A stretch of 64,000 nucleotides of DNA, from contig OZ024743.1 of NCBI GenBank assembly GCA_964016885.1, positions 250,294,001 through 250,358,000 of the forward strand. The letters run 5' to 3'. The position numbers and the translations under genes were made by a program. Shown here one piece after another: positions 53,559-64,000 of the stretch; the first letter of the stretch is position 1; each line of letters opens with the position of its first letter. The notes beneath the pieces are model-generated. The model was not told where the DNA came from and ran no database searches. It was given only the letters and a program-made list of their open reading frames with translations. Source of the DNA: Eledone cirrhosa. Taxonomy: Eukaryota.

Positions 53559-54155
53559 GAGAGAAGGCTGCGTTGGTATGGACACGTGATGCGCATGAAA
53601 GTCGATAGCTGTATTACAAAGTGCAGGGCAATAAAGATAGACGGTAGCCACGGAATAGGCAGACCTAGAAAAACATGGGATGAGCTGATAAACTCCGACC
53701 TCACACACTTACACCTCTCCAAGACAATGTCACTGGACCGTGACCTTTGGCGGTACTCAGTAACAGAGAAGACCCGCCTTGCCAGTAGGCATCTCTAACA
53801 AACTACACCCCGTCCCGCCACCCCCCCCACCCCATCCACACCACCCCGTTCTATGTAAAGTTATGTTGGTGCCGCGCCATCCAGGCCGAAACAAATGAGA
53901 TCGTGTAGGTGTCACGACAAAAAAAAACACACAGTCCACGCTGTAATGTGGCCGTGTAGGCAACACGGTAAAAACCTCCCAGACCCACACTGTAAATGTG
54001 GTTGGTGTTAGGAAGGGCATCCAACTGTAGAAAACCTGCCAGACAGTCCTATGCGAGCAAGACAATCACTCTTGCCTCAAGTGGGACTACCCCCGTCCAA
54101 ACCCATGCAAGCGTGGAACACGGACGTTAAACGTTGATGATGATGATGATGATGA
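53559..54155 (+). mobile_element. RTE 3' fragment of a related subfamily
   Basis: [42 protein letters not shown], 3' UTR repeats, GTTAGGAAGGGCATCC, (GAT)n. Confidence 0.88.
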
Positions 54156-54189
54156 TATATATATATATATATATGTATGTACATATATA

Positions 54190-54305
54190 AATATACACAT
54201 TGGTTTGTGTGTTCTGCAAGCCTTTTGAAGGTTGTAGTAATATTTGTAGGGTATAAAAAATAGGGTCACTAGTCTTGGTAGTGCTTTGGTGCATATATAC
54301 GTATA

Positions 54306-54357
<52 letters not shown>

Positions 54358-55038
54358 TAATATATATATATTTACGTATTTATTTATTTATATACGTTTA
54401 TATATTATTTATTTATTTATTTGTATACACGCATACACACACACACATATTTATATGCGTGTGGTTTTGTATACCTATGTTAAGTGTTTTTGCGTATGCT
54501 TGTGTATGTACGTATTTGTTTGCGTGTATGTATTTATTTATTTATATTACTTCTGTATTGTATTTATTTACTTTTTTCTTAACTCTGTAGCGGAGATTCA
54601 TTCGGTCACCTAGTTAAAATTTTAGTCTACGACTTCTGCTATACCATTTACGTGGTTTTGTCTTTGCGTGCTATTGTTCTCCACGCTACACATATGACGT
54701 ATTATCTTCGTTTTTTTCATTCATTGCCAGAGAACGTCTCTATGAACCACCTAAGAGAACATTAGTCTACGACCTCTTTTATACCATAAACGTGATTCTG
54801 TCTTTACGCGTAATTGTTTTTCACCGCTCCTATTAATGACGTATCTTATTCGTTTTTTCCCGTTCTTTGCCAGCGAACGTTACCACGAAGCAAAGTATCG
54901 TCTTCCTGTCTTCCTCCGGTTGCAACGTTTTTTTGAAATATCCAATTCTGCGTTTACAGATTGACTTTGTTAGTTTCAGAAGATCCCGTTAAGGGTGAAA
55001 GCAGCGATTCTTTGCTTAAACTTTAATCTGTTATTTTA

Positions 55039-55045
<7 letters not shown>
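54190..55045 (+). mobile_element. Penelope-like 3' UTR / pseudo-LTR segment ending in a hammerhead fold
   Basis: 54370-54916 is a close direct repeat of 56015-56546, which lies downstream of the GIY-YIG ORF. It has an internal ~140-bp dimer and ends at (TA)n. Confidence 0.75.
54972..55022 (+). ncRNA. Type I hammerhead ribozyme fold (core variant CAGAAGA)
   Basis: Stem I AGTTT/AAACT, core CAGAAGA (consensus CUGANGA), stem II CCC/GGG, GAAA, stem III AGCA/TGCT, NUH = CUU with predicted cleavage after 55017. Confidence 0.7.
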
Positions 55046-55126
<81 letters not shown>

Positions 55127-55233
55127 ATAATAATAAAATTGAAGACTAAAATCCAAAGAGGGCTCGATAAGGAAAATATATATCAAATATATAAGAACCG
55201 TAGAGCAAATATTTATTAAAATAACAGATATAA

Positions 55234-55764
55234 GCTGAAAGTAATTGTAGGAATCGGGCTGATTGCCCCCTATCCGGGAAATGCCTCTCTAGTAACATTG
55301 TCTACAAATGTAAGGTTGTAACACCCACGTCCTGTAGGGCCTACATAGGGTTAACCGCCAATAGTTTCAAGCAGCGTCTTTACATGCATACCCATTCTTT
55401 TCGTTACCCTCTAAGAAGGAATATGACGTCACTTTCAGCTTATATCTGGAGTCTAAAAGACAACCACACCCAATATAAGTTACACTGGGAGATCCTAGCT
55501 AGGGCTAGATCGTATAACGGAAATAAAAGACCATGTGACCTCTGCGCCGCTGAGGCCCTGGAAATACTCTACGCTACAGACCACATCTTAAACAAAAAAT
55601 CTGAGGCAATTTCGGCTTGTAAACATAAATTGCACAAAACTTTCCTGTATTACAGCCCACGTTATACCCTAACGGATAGCACGATCTATACGTGGATATT
55701 TTACGTCTTGATGTGGGAGCTAAGTATATGTTTTGTTTATTCCTTTACGTATTTGCATAGGTAA
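55234..55764 (+). CDS. Penelope-like element GIY-YIG endonuclease domain (5'-truncated, stop-free)
   Basis: In-frame upstream extension of ORF 55384-55764: NCRNRADCPLSGKCLSSNIVYKCKV...AYIGLTANSFKQRLYMHTHSF...TSLSAYIWSLK...WEILARARSY...CDLCAAE...ILNKKSE...CKH. Confidence 0.88.
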   Translation, partial: AESNCRNRADCPLSGKCLSSNIVYKCKVVTPTSCRAYIGLTANSFKQRLYMHTHSFRYPLRRNMTSLSAYIWSLKDNHTQYKLHWEILARARSYNGNKRPCDLCAAEALEILYATDHILNKKSEAISACKHKLHKTFLYYSPRYTLTDSTIYTWIFYVLMWELSICFVYSFTYLHR

Positions 55765-56546
55765 GTATATATTACCCGTATGTTTTGTGAAGGTATGTAT
55801 ACCTTCTCGTACGTATATTTGACTGTTATAGCGTATAATTTTTACATATTCTGGTATTTAGGGTTTGGCTATGTGTATACGGGAGTTTTGCGTCCGCGTG
55901 AGTGTGCAGGTTCGTACGTATGGTGGGTGTGTGTATATGTGTACTTCTTGTTTTAGTTGACTTACGTCTCCGAACATTCGTGTATTTATATGTAGGTATG
56001 CGTGTGCGCTTGTTATATACGTATTTATTTACTTATATACGTTTATATAAGTATTTATTTATTTGTACACAAGCATACACACACACACATATTTATATGT
56101 GCGTGGTTTTGTATACCCATGGTAAGGTTTTGCGTATGCTTGTGTATGTACGTATCTGTTTGCGTGTATGTATTTATTTGTTCCTATTACTTCTGTATTG
56201 TATTTATTTACTTTGTTCTTAACTCTGTAGCGGAGATTCATTTGGTCTCCTAGTTAGAATTTTAGTCTACGATTTCTGCTATACCATTTACGTGGTTTTG
56301 TCTTTGCGTGCTATTGTTCTCCACGCTCCACATATGACTTATTATCTTCGTTTTTTCGTTCATTGCCAGAGAACGTCTCTATGCACCACCTAAGAGAACA
56401 TTAGTCTACAACCTCTTTTATACCATAAACGTGGTTTTGTCTTTGCGCGTAATTGTTTTTCACCGCTCCTATTAATGACGTATCTTATTCGTTTTTCCCC
56501 GTTCTTTGCCAGCGAACGTTTCCACGAACCAAAGTATCGTCTTCCT
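55765..56546 (+). mobile_element. 3' UTR / pseudo-LTR of the Penelope-like element, cut off before the hammerhead
   Basis: Homology with 54370-54916 ends at CTTCCTGTCTTCCTC (56545). Confidence 0.72.
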
Positions 56547-57344
56547 GTCTTCCTCATGTATGGATTCACACGCACGCACACACATATATATACACCAACA
56601 CACACATATTTGTGTATTGTAACAGTGACTTGATTGGCTATCAGTCCAGTTGTGAATTATCTGGTCAGAAACCACCAACTCCCCCAACTGAGTGCAGTCA
56701 GTCAAGGAGTAAGGGCAACATTTCGTGGGAGAAAAGGGAGGGGAGGGGGAAATAAACTCAGTGCCATTTCCACTTTCATTATTTCTCGGTGAATAGGGCA
56801 GTGAATTGGCAGTATCGGTAGAGGGTCGGACGTCATGATTTGACGCATAGAGTTACGGCCCTTGCCATTCTGGGTTCAAATCCCGCAGAGGTTAACTTTG
56901 CCTTTCATCCTGACGGGGTCGATAAAATAAAAGTACCAGTAATGCACTGGGTAATTGCTGGCCTTGTGCCAAAAAGTAGAAACAATTATTTCTCGGTGAA
57001 TTGGCAGTATCGGTAGAGGGTTGGACGCCATGTTTTCTAGCATAGTTACGTCCCTTTACAGTCTGAGTTCAAATCCCGCCGAGGTTAACTTTGCCTTTCA
57101 TCCTTACGGGGTCGATAAAATAAAGTACCAGTAATGTACTGGGTAATTTGCTGGCCTTGTGCCAAAAGTAGAAACAATTATTTCTCTTTGTTTGTTTATG
57201 CATTATTAGTTGCATTATTTTCCTTGTTTTTGTTATTGTTGTTGTTGTTGGTGTTTGGGTTTTTTCATGTCTATCATTTTTGCTCTCTCTCTTCAGTGCA
57301 TGGCATGGTTGACATTTATCAATTTTTAAAGTAAAACTATTATC

Positions 57345-57820
57345 AGTAACAATATGGGAGGCACACTGGGTGGTGTGGAGGGGAGTTGTAATGGGGAGTG
57401 GGAGTTAGGGTGGAGGTGTTAGAGTGGGAGAGTGGTAGTGACAATTGAGAGTGGGGGTGGGAATAAGGGTGGAGAGTGGGGGAGTGAGAGTGGGTGAGTG
57501 GAGGAGTGGTAGTGAGGGGGAGAGTGGGTGTGCGGGTGGGGGTGAAGGTAGGGATGGGGGGTTGGGCGGTGATAGTGATGGTGGAGAGTGGGGGTGTAGG
57601 AGTGAAAGTGGTAGAGAGGATCGAGAGGGGTGGATGGGAGTGAAGGGTGGTGTGGGGGGAGTGGGAGTGAGAGTGGGAAGTGGGGGAGTAGTATTGAGGG
57701 TGTGTGTGGGAAGTAGGTGTGTGAATGAGCAAAAGGGTGGGAGTGGGTGAGCGCATATGGAACAACATTAATAGATAGGGTCAAGTGTGGTAGAGGAGGA
57801 GGGAGGGGGGGGGGGGGTAA
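57345..57820. repeat. G-rich low-complexity tract (GGGAGT/GGGGGT)
   Basis: Many G3-G5 runs are directly visible. Confidence 0.85.
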
Positions 57821-58056
57821 TAATAGAAGGTTAAATATCCCCAGTGACTGACTACTGCTGCAGTAGTAGTAGCGGCAGTAGCAGCAGCAGCAGCAGCAGC
57901 AGCAGCAGTGGCAGCAGTAGTATTATCACCACTACCACCACTGCCAACACCACCACCACCACCATCACAACCACCAGCACCACCACCACCAACAACAACA
58001 CCACCATCATCATCACCACCACCACCATCACTTTATATAAAGGATTAGGGTGCAGC

Positions 58057-58256
58057 NNNNNNNNNNNNNNNNNNNNNNNNNNNNNNNNNNNNNNNNNNNN
58101 NNNNNNNNNNNNNNNNNNNNNNNNNNNNNNNNNNNNNNNNNNNNNNNNNNNNNNNNNNNNNNNNNNNNNNNNNNNNNNNNNNNNNNNNNNNNNNNNNNNN
58201 NNNNNNNNNNNNNNNNNNNNNNNNNNNNNNNNNNNNNNNNNNNNNNNNNNNNNNNN
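58057..58256. other. Assembly gap (200 N)
   Basis: Run of N. Confidence 1.
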
Positions 58257-58795
58257 GATGATGATGTATATGTATATATATATATACATATAGATATTTA
58301 CATATGTATATGTATATATATATATACATATGTATATGTATATATATACATATATATATATGTATATATATGTATATGTATATATATATACATATATATA
58401 TATACATATGTATATATATATATATACATATGTATATGTATATATATATATACATATATATACATATATATATGTATCTATATATATATATATATACACA
58501 CACATATGTATATATTCTCAGTAAATTGAAGGACCTGTATCACGTTGCCATGGTTACCAATATTCTACAACCAAATGATTTCACGTGTATGCATGTCTCC
58601 ATGGTGAGTAGATACAGAAGCAGAACAATAACTGAATAATTCAAATTCATCTGGGATAAGAGTAGGGGTCCAAGTGTAGGAAAGTCGCACAATATATTGT
58701 TATATTAATAGATAAATCCTTTCATTGATCGATATGTAGGGAATGACCGGATTAAGAGACCATTTCATCAAACAACAAGTCTACCATTTACTTAC

Positions 58796-59435
58796 TTAAC
58801 CTTTTTATAACTATATTTCTAATGAAAGACACTGCCTATAGTTTTAAAAATATTTTTGAAAATAATCAAGAAATTGGAATGATTTAGCAAAATAACTAAA
58901 TTTCTCATTATTTATCCTGTGTTTTGAACATAAGATAACAAAGGTTCTTATATAAAATTATGATGGAAGTCTTTTAGATAAATATATATTCTTTAACCCT
59001 TTCATTATCACATTTCTAATGAATGACATTACCTATGATTTTTCAAATATTTTGAAAAAAAATCAAGAATTTGGAGGGATATATTAGTATTACAAACTTT
59101 CTCATTATTTATCTAGTCTTTGGAACATAGCTTACAAAGGTTTCTACATAAAATTATGATGGAAAGCTTTTAGATAAATATAAGCACCTCAAAAATTTCA
59201 TTACCATATTTAACATGAAAGACACTACATATGATTTTTCAAATAATTTTGAATACCATCAAGAATTTGGAGAGATTTAGTAATATGACTAATTTTCTCA
59301 TTATTTATCTGGAATTTGCAACATTAAATTTCTTGCATAAAAATATGAAAGAGTTTTAGATACATATAAATACTTTAAATCTTTCAACACTATATTTCTA
59401 ATGAATGTCACTACGTATAGCTTTCAAATAATTTC
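58796..59435 (+). repeat. About 3.3 tandem copies of the ~197-bp TTAA-end unit
   Basis: Unit starts at about 58796, 58993, 59190 and 59375. Shared GGTTCTTACATAAAATTATGATGGAAG...TTTAGATAAATAT-like block. Confidence 0.85.
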
Positions 59436-59439
59436 TCCT

Positions 59440-60870
59440 TACACAAAGCTTTCCTGAATGTATACTTCATAGAAAGGTCCTTTAGCCTCAAAACCAAACT
59501 CTCCTGCTCCAGATTTTCCTATGTTTCCTCTTCTGTTCTGTGCTTATTTTGATGTTGCTAACTTATGTTGGGGAGGGCATTCTTCTCCAGGGAAAATCTT
59601 AATATGTCTAACCATCTGTCTATCTAGTCTTCTAACAAGTGTGGAGTCAATGTAGCTTATGTGTTCAACTCATGCTGGCCAGTTTCCTGAAGCTAGTGTT
59701 GTAAATGGTTAAATCATTTACATCACAGAATTCCAGGGGACGGATTCCCTTTTCATTTCTTGAGCCATAGCCATATATCACTGTGTACAGTAGTGTAGCC
59801 ATCCTTGTGCTGTCCAACATGTCAACTGAAGTTTACTTTTAGGATAATGAGGTGTCTGTCATCAGTAACTAAAGTTGTCTGAAAAAGTTCCTTTGTAAAA
59901 GCAGTCCTTTTGTTCCGTACTTAGTCCTGCTTGTAGTGCACAGCTAGAGATAATTGTTGTCATTCTATGATATTCTGAGTTTGATAATTCTGTCACTTAG
60001 TCTACTCCCACTACCAATTCTCAGCTAGTAGATTGTCTACAGCTCTTACTCTATCGTCATTACCTATCCAGAAGAGCTTGTATATACTTTTCTTGTCTGT
60101 GAGAAGTCTTACAGAGGCACTTCTCCATCTCACCTCCTAAACACAGCATTCATCCACTCGTTACCTCTCACACATCTTCATAATATCTCCTGATCTACCT
60201 TTCAGTGAGCCCACATTGAGTGTAGCAGCTCTAAGATGAGTTACCTGGTAATAGTGATTTGGTCGTTTTTTAGTTCTTTGTACCTGGAAGGGAGTAAGTG
60301 TGTGTGTGATTATTTGATGATGGTCGAGTGGTTCTCACACATGGCTAAGTTAGCCACTTCACTACAAGATGCAGTACTCACATGACCTGTGTTAGTCCTG
60401 TATATGAAATTAGTAAAAGATTTATATGTTGTGCTTTATATATTTTTTAGCAAGGTTTTACTGGCTGGATCCTCTTTATATTATCAACCAATTTACAGCA
60501 TGGACTGGATGCCTTATTCATGCCACTAGAGGGTTTGTCTTAACAGATTGAAGGGGCCTTTAAACCATTTATCAGTTTTTATTCAGAGTGACTGCTCTCC
60601 TAGACGGGTTGCCTACATTTCAGCTTATGGAGCCCACATATACTCTGTGCAATTGTATTTTATTCAGAGTCACTGCCCTTCTAGATGGGTTGCCTTCTCC
60701 ATGGCTTATGGAACTCATGACTGACCTATGCAGTCTCATTTTATTGGGAGACTGCTCTACTAGACAAGCTTCCTATTGCATGGGTTATGGAGCCCTTTGC
60801 TGACTTATTTCATTTGAGTTTCAAGTCATTGACCTCCTAGGCTAGCTATTGTCATCATGGTTTTTCGAAC
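59440..60870 (-). mobile_element. Decayed RTE 5' portion (5' UTR with tandem ~80-bp units, plus an endonuclease pseudogene)
   Basis: Minus strand from ~60235 reads LRAATLNVGSLKGRSGDI...EVRWRSASVR...YKLFWIGND with stops. 60450-60570 is homologous to the leader at 61935-62075. Confidence 0.8.
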
Positions 60871-61744
60871 AAGTGTCTTTCCCATGCAATCTTGTTTTAT
60901 AAGGGTGTTTTGCCGAATTCTCAATGCTATGATCATTTATAGCAACTGACTGTTTTACAGTTATTTCTGTGTTTGAGTCCTTTACACTTCTATGAAATTC
61001 ACACATGTATATATATATATATATATATAGCAAAAGGCCATAAATTCAAAATTTTGAAGAGAGAGGAAAAGAGACAAGTGAACTTTGAACTTGTACATCT
61101 CACTGACCCCCGCCACCACAATAACAATAACGTCTACACTCGCTCCCCACCATCACCAAAGTACTCATTACTCTATCTAAGGTGGCTCACCTGTTCCCTG
61201 TTCCCTGTTGACATACTGCTGACTCTTTTGATGTATGTATGTGTATATACATATATATATATGTGTGTATATGTATATCTCAGTGGATGCGACCAGGTTT
61301 CAACACAGCAACAACTACAGCAGCAACACCAACAATAACAACGGCAACAACGCCATTGTCTGTGTTGAATGTGTGTTTATGTATGTATTTATATATATGC
61401 GACTGCAATAGCATCAACAGCATTGTCTGCAGCAACAGCAGCAGTGAAATGAAGAAGAAGAAGAACAACAACAACAACAGCGACAGCAACAACAACAACA
61501 ACAACACCAACAGCAGCAGCAACTACAATAACAACTACAGCACCAACAACTGCCACCACCATCACTGACCATCCACCACCACCACACTGACACCATCCAC
61601 CACCATTCACCACCACCACCGCCATTACCAGCGTAAAGCAAACAATTATTATTATTATTATATACAAGCTGAACTGGACTGGGAAAGGACAACAGTTGAC
61701 ATGATATTGATTTTGATTTTGTATTTGTATCAGTACTGCCGGTA

Positions 61745-61776
<32 letters not shown>

Positions 61777-61929
61777 TTGTGAGTGGTGTGTGTGTTTGTT
61801 TGCATGAATGAGTGTTGGTATGTGAGTGGCGTGTGTGTGGTTGTGGTTTGTATGCTTGAGTGTTGGTGTGTGAGTGTGTGTGTGTGCGTCATGTCAATAA
61901 GTTTTTTTTCTTTTTTTCTTTTATGACCA

Positions 61930-62116
61930 TGCTGTAAAATGGAGGGGTAGAGAGGGCCCTTGAGTCTAGTAAGACATCCTCTCTAGTGCTGGTGGCACAA
62001 ATAAAAGCACCCAGTCCATGCTGTAAAGTGGCGCTGGTGTTAGGAAGGGCATCCAACCAGTGTATCAATGCCAAAACGCTTATCAGCACAGCAACAAATA
62101 GGAACAACAACAAAAT
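61930..62116 (+). mobile_element. 5' leader of the RTE LINE at 62117
   Basis: Contains AAAAGCACCCAGTCCATGCTGTAAAGTGG...GTTAGGAAGGGCATCC and is homologous to 60450-60570 (-). Confidence 0.75.
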
Positions 62117-64000
62117 ATGAAGACGTCGCATCTCAGAGTTGCAACACTTAATGTTGGCTCTCTCAGAAGTAGATCTGCTGAAATAGCAGAGATGCTGGAG
62201 AGAAGGCAGGTGGATGTGTGCTGCGTGCAAGAGGTGAGATGGAGAGGTGCCTCTGCGAGACTAGTCGTAGGCAAACGTCTTAGCTATAAGCTATTCTGGG
62301 TAGGTAAGGATGATGGGTTAGGGGGAGTAGGCATTTTCCTGGCTGAGAAATGGATCAATAAGACAATAGAGGTAGTTCGAGTTAGTAATCGAATAATTAA
62401 GCTTAGATTAGTTGTAGGTAGGAGACTACTGACAATCATCTCGGCCTATGCTCCCCAAGCAGGCCTAGGCAAAGATGAGAAAGACTGCTTTTATGAGCAA
62501 CTTTTGCAAACAACCGCAATGACAGAGGACGGAGACATCGTTATGCTAGCAGGAGACTTCAATGTTCATGTTGGACAGCTCCAGGATGGTTACACTGGGG
62601 TACATGGTGGGCACAGTTACAGTTCAAGAAATGAAGAAGGAGTGAGACTTCTTGAATTTTGTGATGCAGGAACATTGACTATTTGCAACACAAACTTCCA
62701 GAAACCTGCCAATCACCTAATAACCTACAAATCTGGTGAGCACATAAGCCAGATTGACTTCTTACTAGTTAGGCAGCGGGACAGGCAGATAGTGTCTAAT
62801 ACCAAGGCATACCCTGGGGAAGAATGTACCCCACAGCATAGGTTAGTTGTTAGTGATATCTCAGTAAGCAAGAGATGGAATGAGACATATAGGAAGGTGT
62901 GGAGAAGAAAGGTCTGGAAGCTAAAAGACCTTTCACTAAAATACAAATTTAGGAAAGCCCTTCAAGATGTATATGACGAAAAAGAAGACGATTTAGAGAC
63001 GTATGACATAGATAATAACTGGAATTTCTTACGTGACAACTTGCTGCAGGCTACTAATGAAACTTGTGGCTGGAGCAGATCTCCAACCAGACAGAGAGTG
63101 ACCTGGTGGTGGAACAGCACAGTAGATAAGGCTATTAGAGACAAAAGACTAGCATGGAAGGATTGGAAAAAGTATGGGAGTAGGGAAGAATATACAGCCA
63201 AGAGAGAAGCTAGACGTCAGGTGTACTTAGCACGCAGGGAGGTAGAGAGTAGGAGGTTTGCCAATGTTCTGCGACGGGAAGATCAGAGGCGTGCGGTGTT
63301 CCACATTGCAAGGCAGTGTGTCAATGCAAATCAGGATGTTGTTGGAGATAAATGTGTCCGAGATGATGCCGGTGTACTTAGTGTCACAAATGATCAGAAA
63401 AAGGAGGCCTGGAAATGTCATTATGAGAGACTGATGAATGTGGAGAACAAATGGGAGAGAGAGAAATTACCCCCAGTAGATCCGACAGAGGGACCAGCTA
63501 TTGAGATTGACGAATATAGGGTCCAAGAGGCGATTAGGGAAATGAAAAATGGTAAGGCTGCCGGACCATCGGGAATAGTTGCTGAGATGCTGAAGGCATC
63601 AGGGGACGTGGGCACTAAACTGGTTGCACACATCATCAATCAGGCTATATATGGTGGTTTCATACCCAAAGACTGGTGCAGCAGTATTCTCATAAATTGC
63701 TACAAAGGTAAAGGGGATGCTCTGGAGAGGAGCAATTATAGGGGTATAAAACTGATAGATCAGGTTATGAAAGTGGCAGAAAGGATTTTAGCACAACTAA
63801 TTAGAGAAAGGGTCAAACTAGATGAGATGCAGTTTGGTTTTGTGCCTGGGAAGAGTACAACAGATGCCCTCTTCTTGGTGAGACAATTGCAAGAGAGGTT
63901 CTTAGAGAAGAATAAGCCACTATACTTAGCCTTTGTTGACCTAGAGAAGGCCTTTGATAGGGTACCCAGATCTGTCATCTGGTGGTCCTTAAGGAAGCTA
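62117..64000 (+). CDS. RTE-clade LINE ORF (APE endonuclease + N-terminal part of RT), open to the window end
   Basis: MKTSHLRVATLNVGSL...VCCVQEVRW...SAYAPQ...LAGDFNVHVG...SQIDFLL...TPQHRL...TWWWN...KAAGPSGI...NYRGIKL...QFGFVPGKSTTDA...FVDLEKAFDRVPR. 628 codons with no stop seen. Confidence 0.95.
   Translation, partial: MKTSHLRVATLNVGSLRSRSAEIAEMLERRQVDVCCVQEVRWRGASARLVVGKRLSYKLFWVGKDDGLGGVGIFLAEKWINKTIEVVRVSNRIIKLRLVVGRRLLTIISAYAPQAGLGKDEKDCFYEQLLQTTAMTEDGDIVMLAGDFNVHVGQLQDGYTGVHGGHSYSSRNEEGVRLLEFCDAGTLTICNTNFQKPANHLITYKSGEHISQIDFLLVRQRDRQIVSNTKAYPGEECTPQHRLVVSDISVSKRWNETYRKVWRRKVWKLKDLSLKYKFRKALQDVYDEKEDDLETYDIDNNWNFLRDNLLQATNETCGWSRSPTRQRVTWWWNSTVDKAIRDKRLAWKDWKKYGSREEYTAKREARRQVYLARREVESRRFANVLRREDQRRAVFHIARQCVNANQDVVGDKCVRDDAGVLSVTNDQKKEAWKCHYERLMNVENKWEREKLPPVDPTEGPAIEIDEYRVQEAIREMKNGKAAGPSGIVAEMLKASGDVGTKLVAHIINQAIYGGFIPKDWCSSILINCYKGKGDALERSNYRGIKLIDQVMKVAERILAQLIRERVKLDEMQFGFVPGKSTTDALFLVRQLQERFLEKNKPLYLAFVDLEKAFDRVPRSVIWWSLRKL

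Noticed and set aside
57345-57820. Interstitial telomeric array
   Set aside because: Only isolated TTAGGG hexamers occur. The rest is irregular G-rich low-complexity sequence.

Overview
Repeat-dense, AT-rich eukaryotic intergenic or intronic DNA. The extreme (TA)n/(CA)n/(GAT)n load, the tRNA-headed SINE families and the RTE LINE set point to an octopus/coleoid cephalopod genome (inference from recognition, not a database hit). I find no convincing host protein-coding exon, and most listed ORFs are microsatellite artefacts. The real coding content is all transposon-derived: two RTE LINE ORFs that stay open to the window edges (1-923 minus, 62117-64000 plus), several broken RTE copies (two with a PHD-type C4HC3 finger just after the RT core), CR1-like and Tx1/L1-like 3' fragments, and at least three Penelope-like (GIY-YIG) remnants. 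The best unannotated signal is a dispersed set of type I hammerhead-ribozyme folds and fold-back palindromes at (TA)n boundaries. The clearest fold is at 54972-55022, and a perfect ~120-bp palindrome is centred on a CTGATGA core at 4025. Together these trace Penelope-like elements and their short non-coding derivatives. Also notable: head-to-tail SINE arrays, one SINE head/core carrying three different tails, bipartite RTE derivatives, and a TTAA-bounded element whose ~200-bp end unit is tandemly amplified. One 200-N assembly gap lies at 58057-58256.
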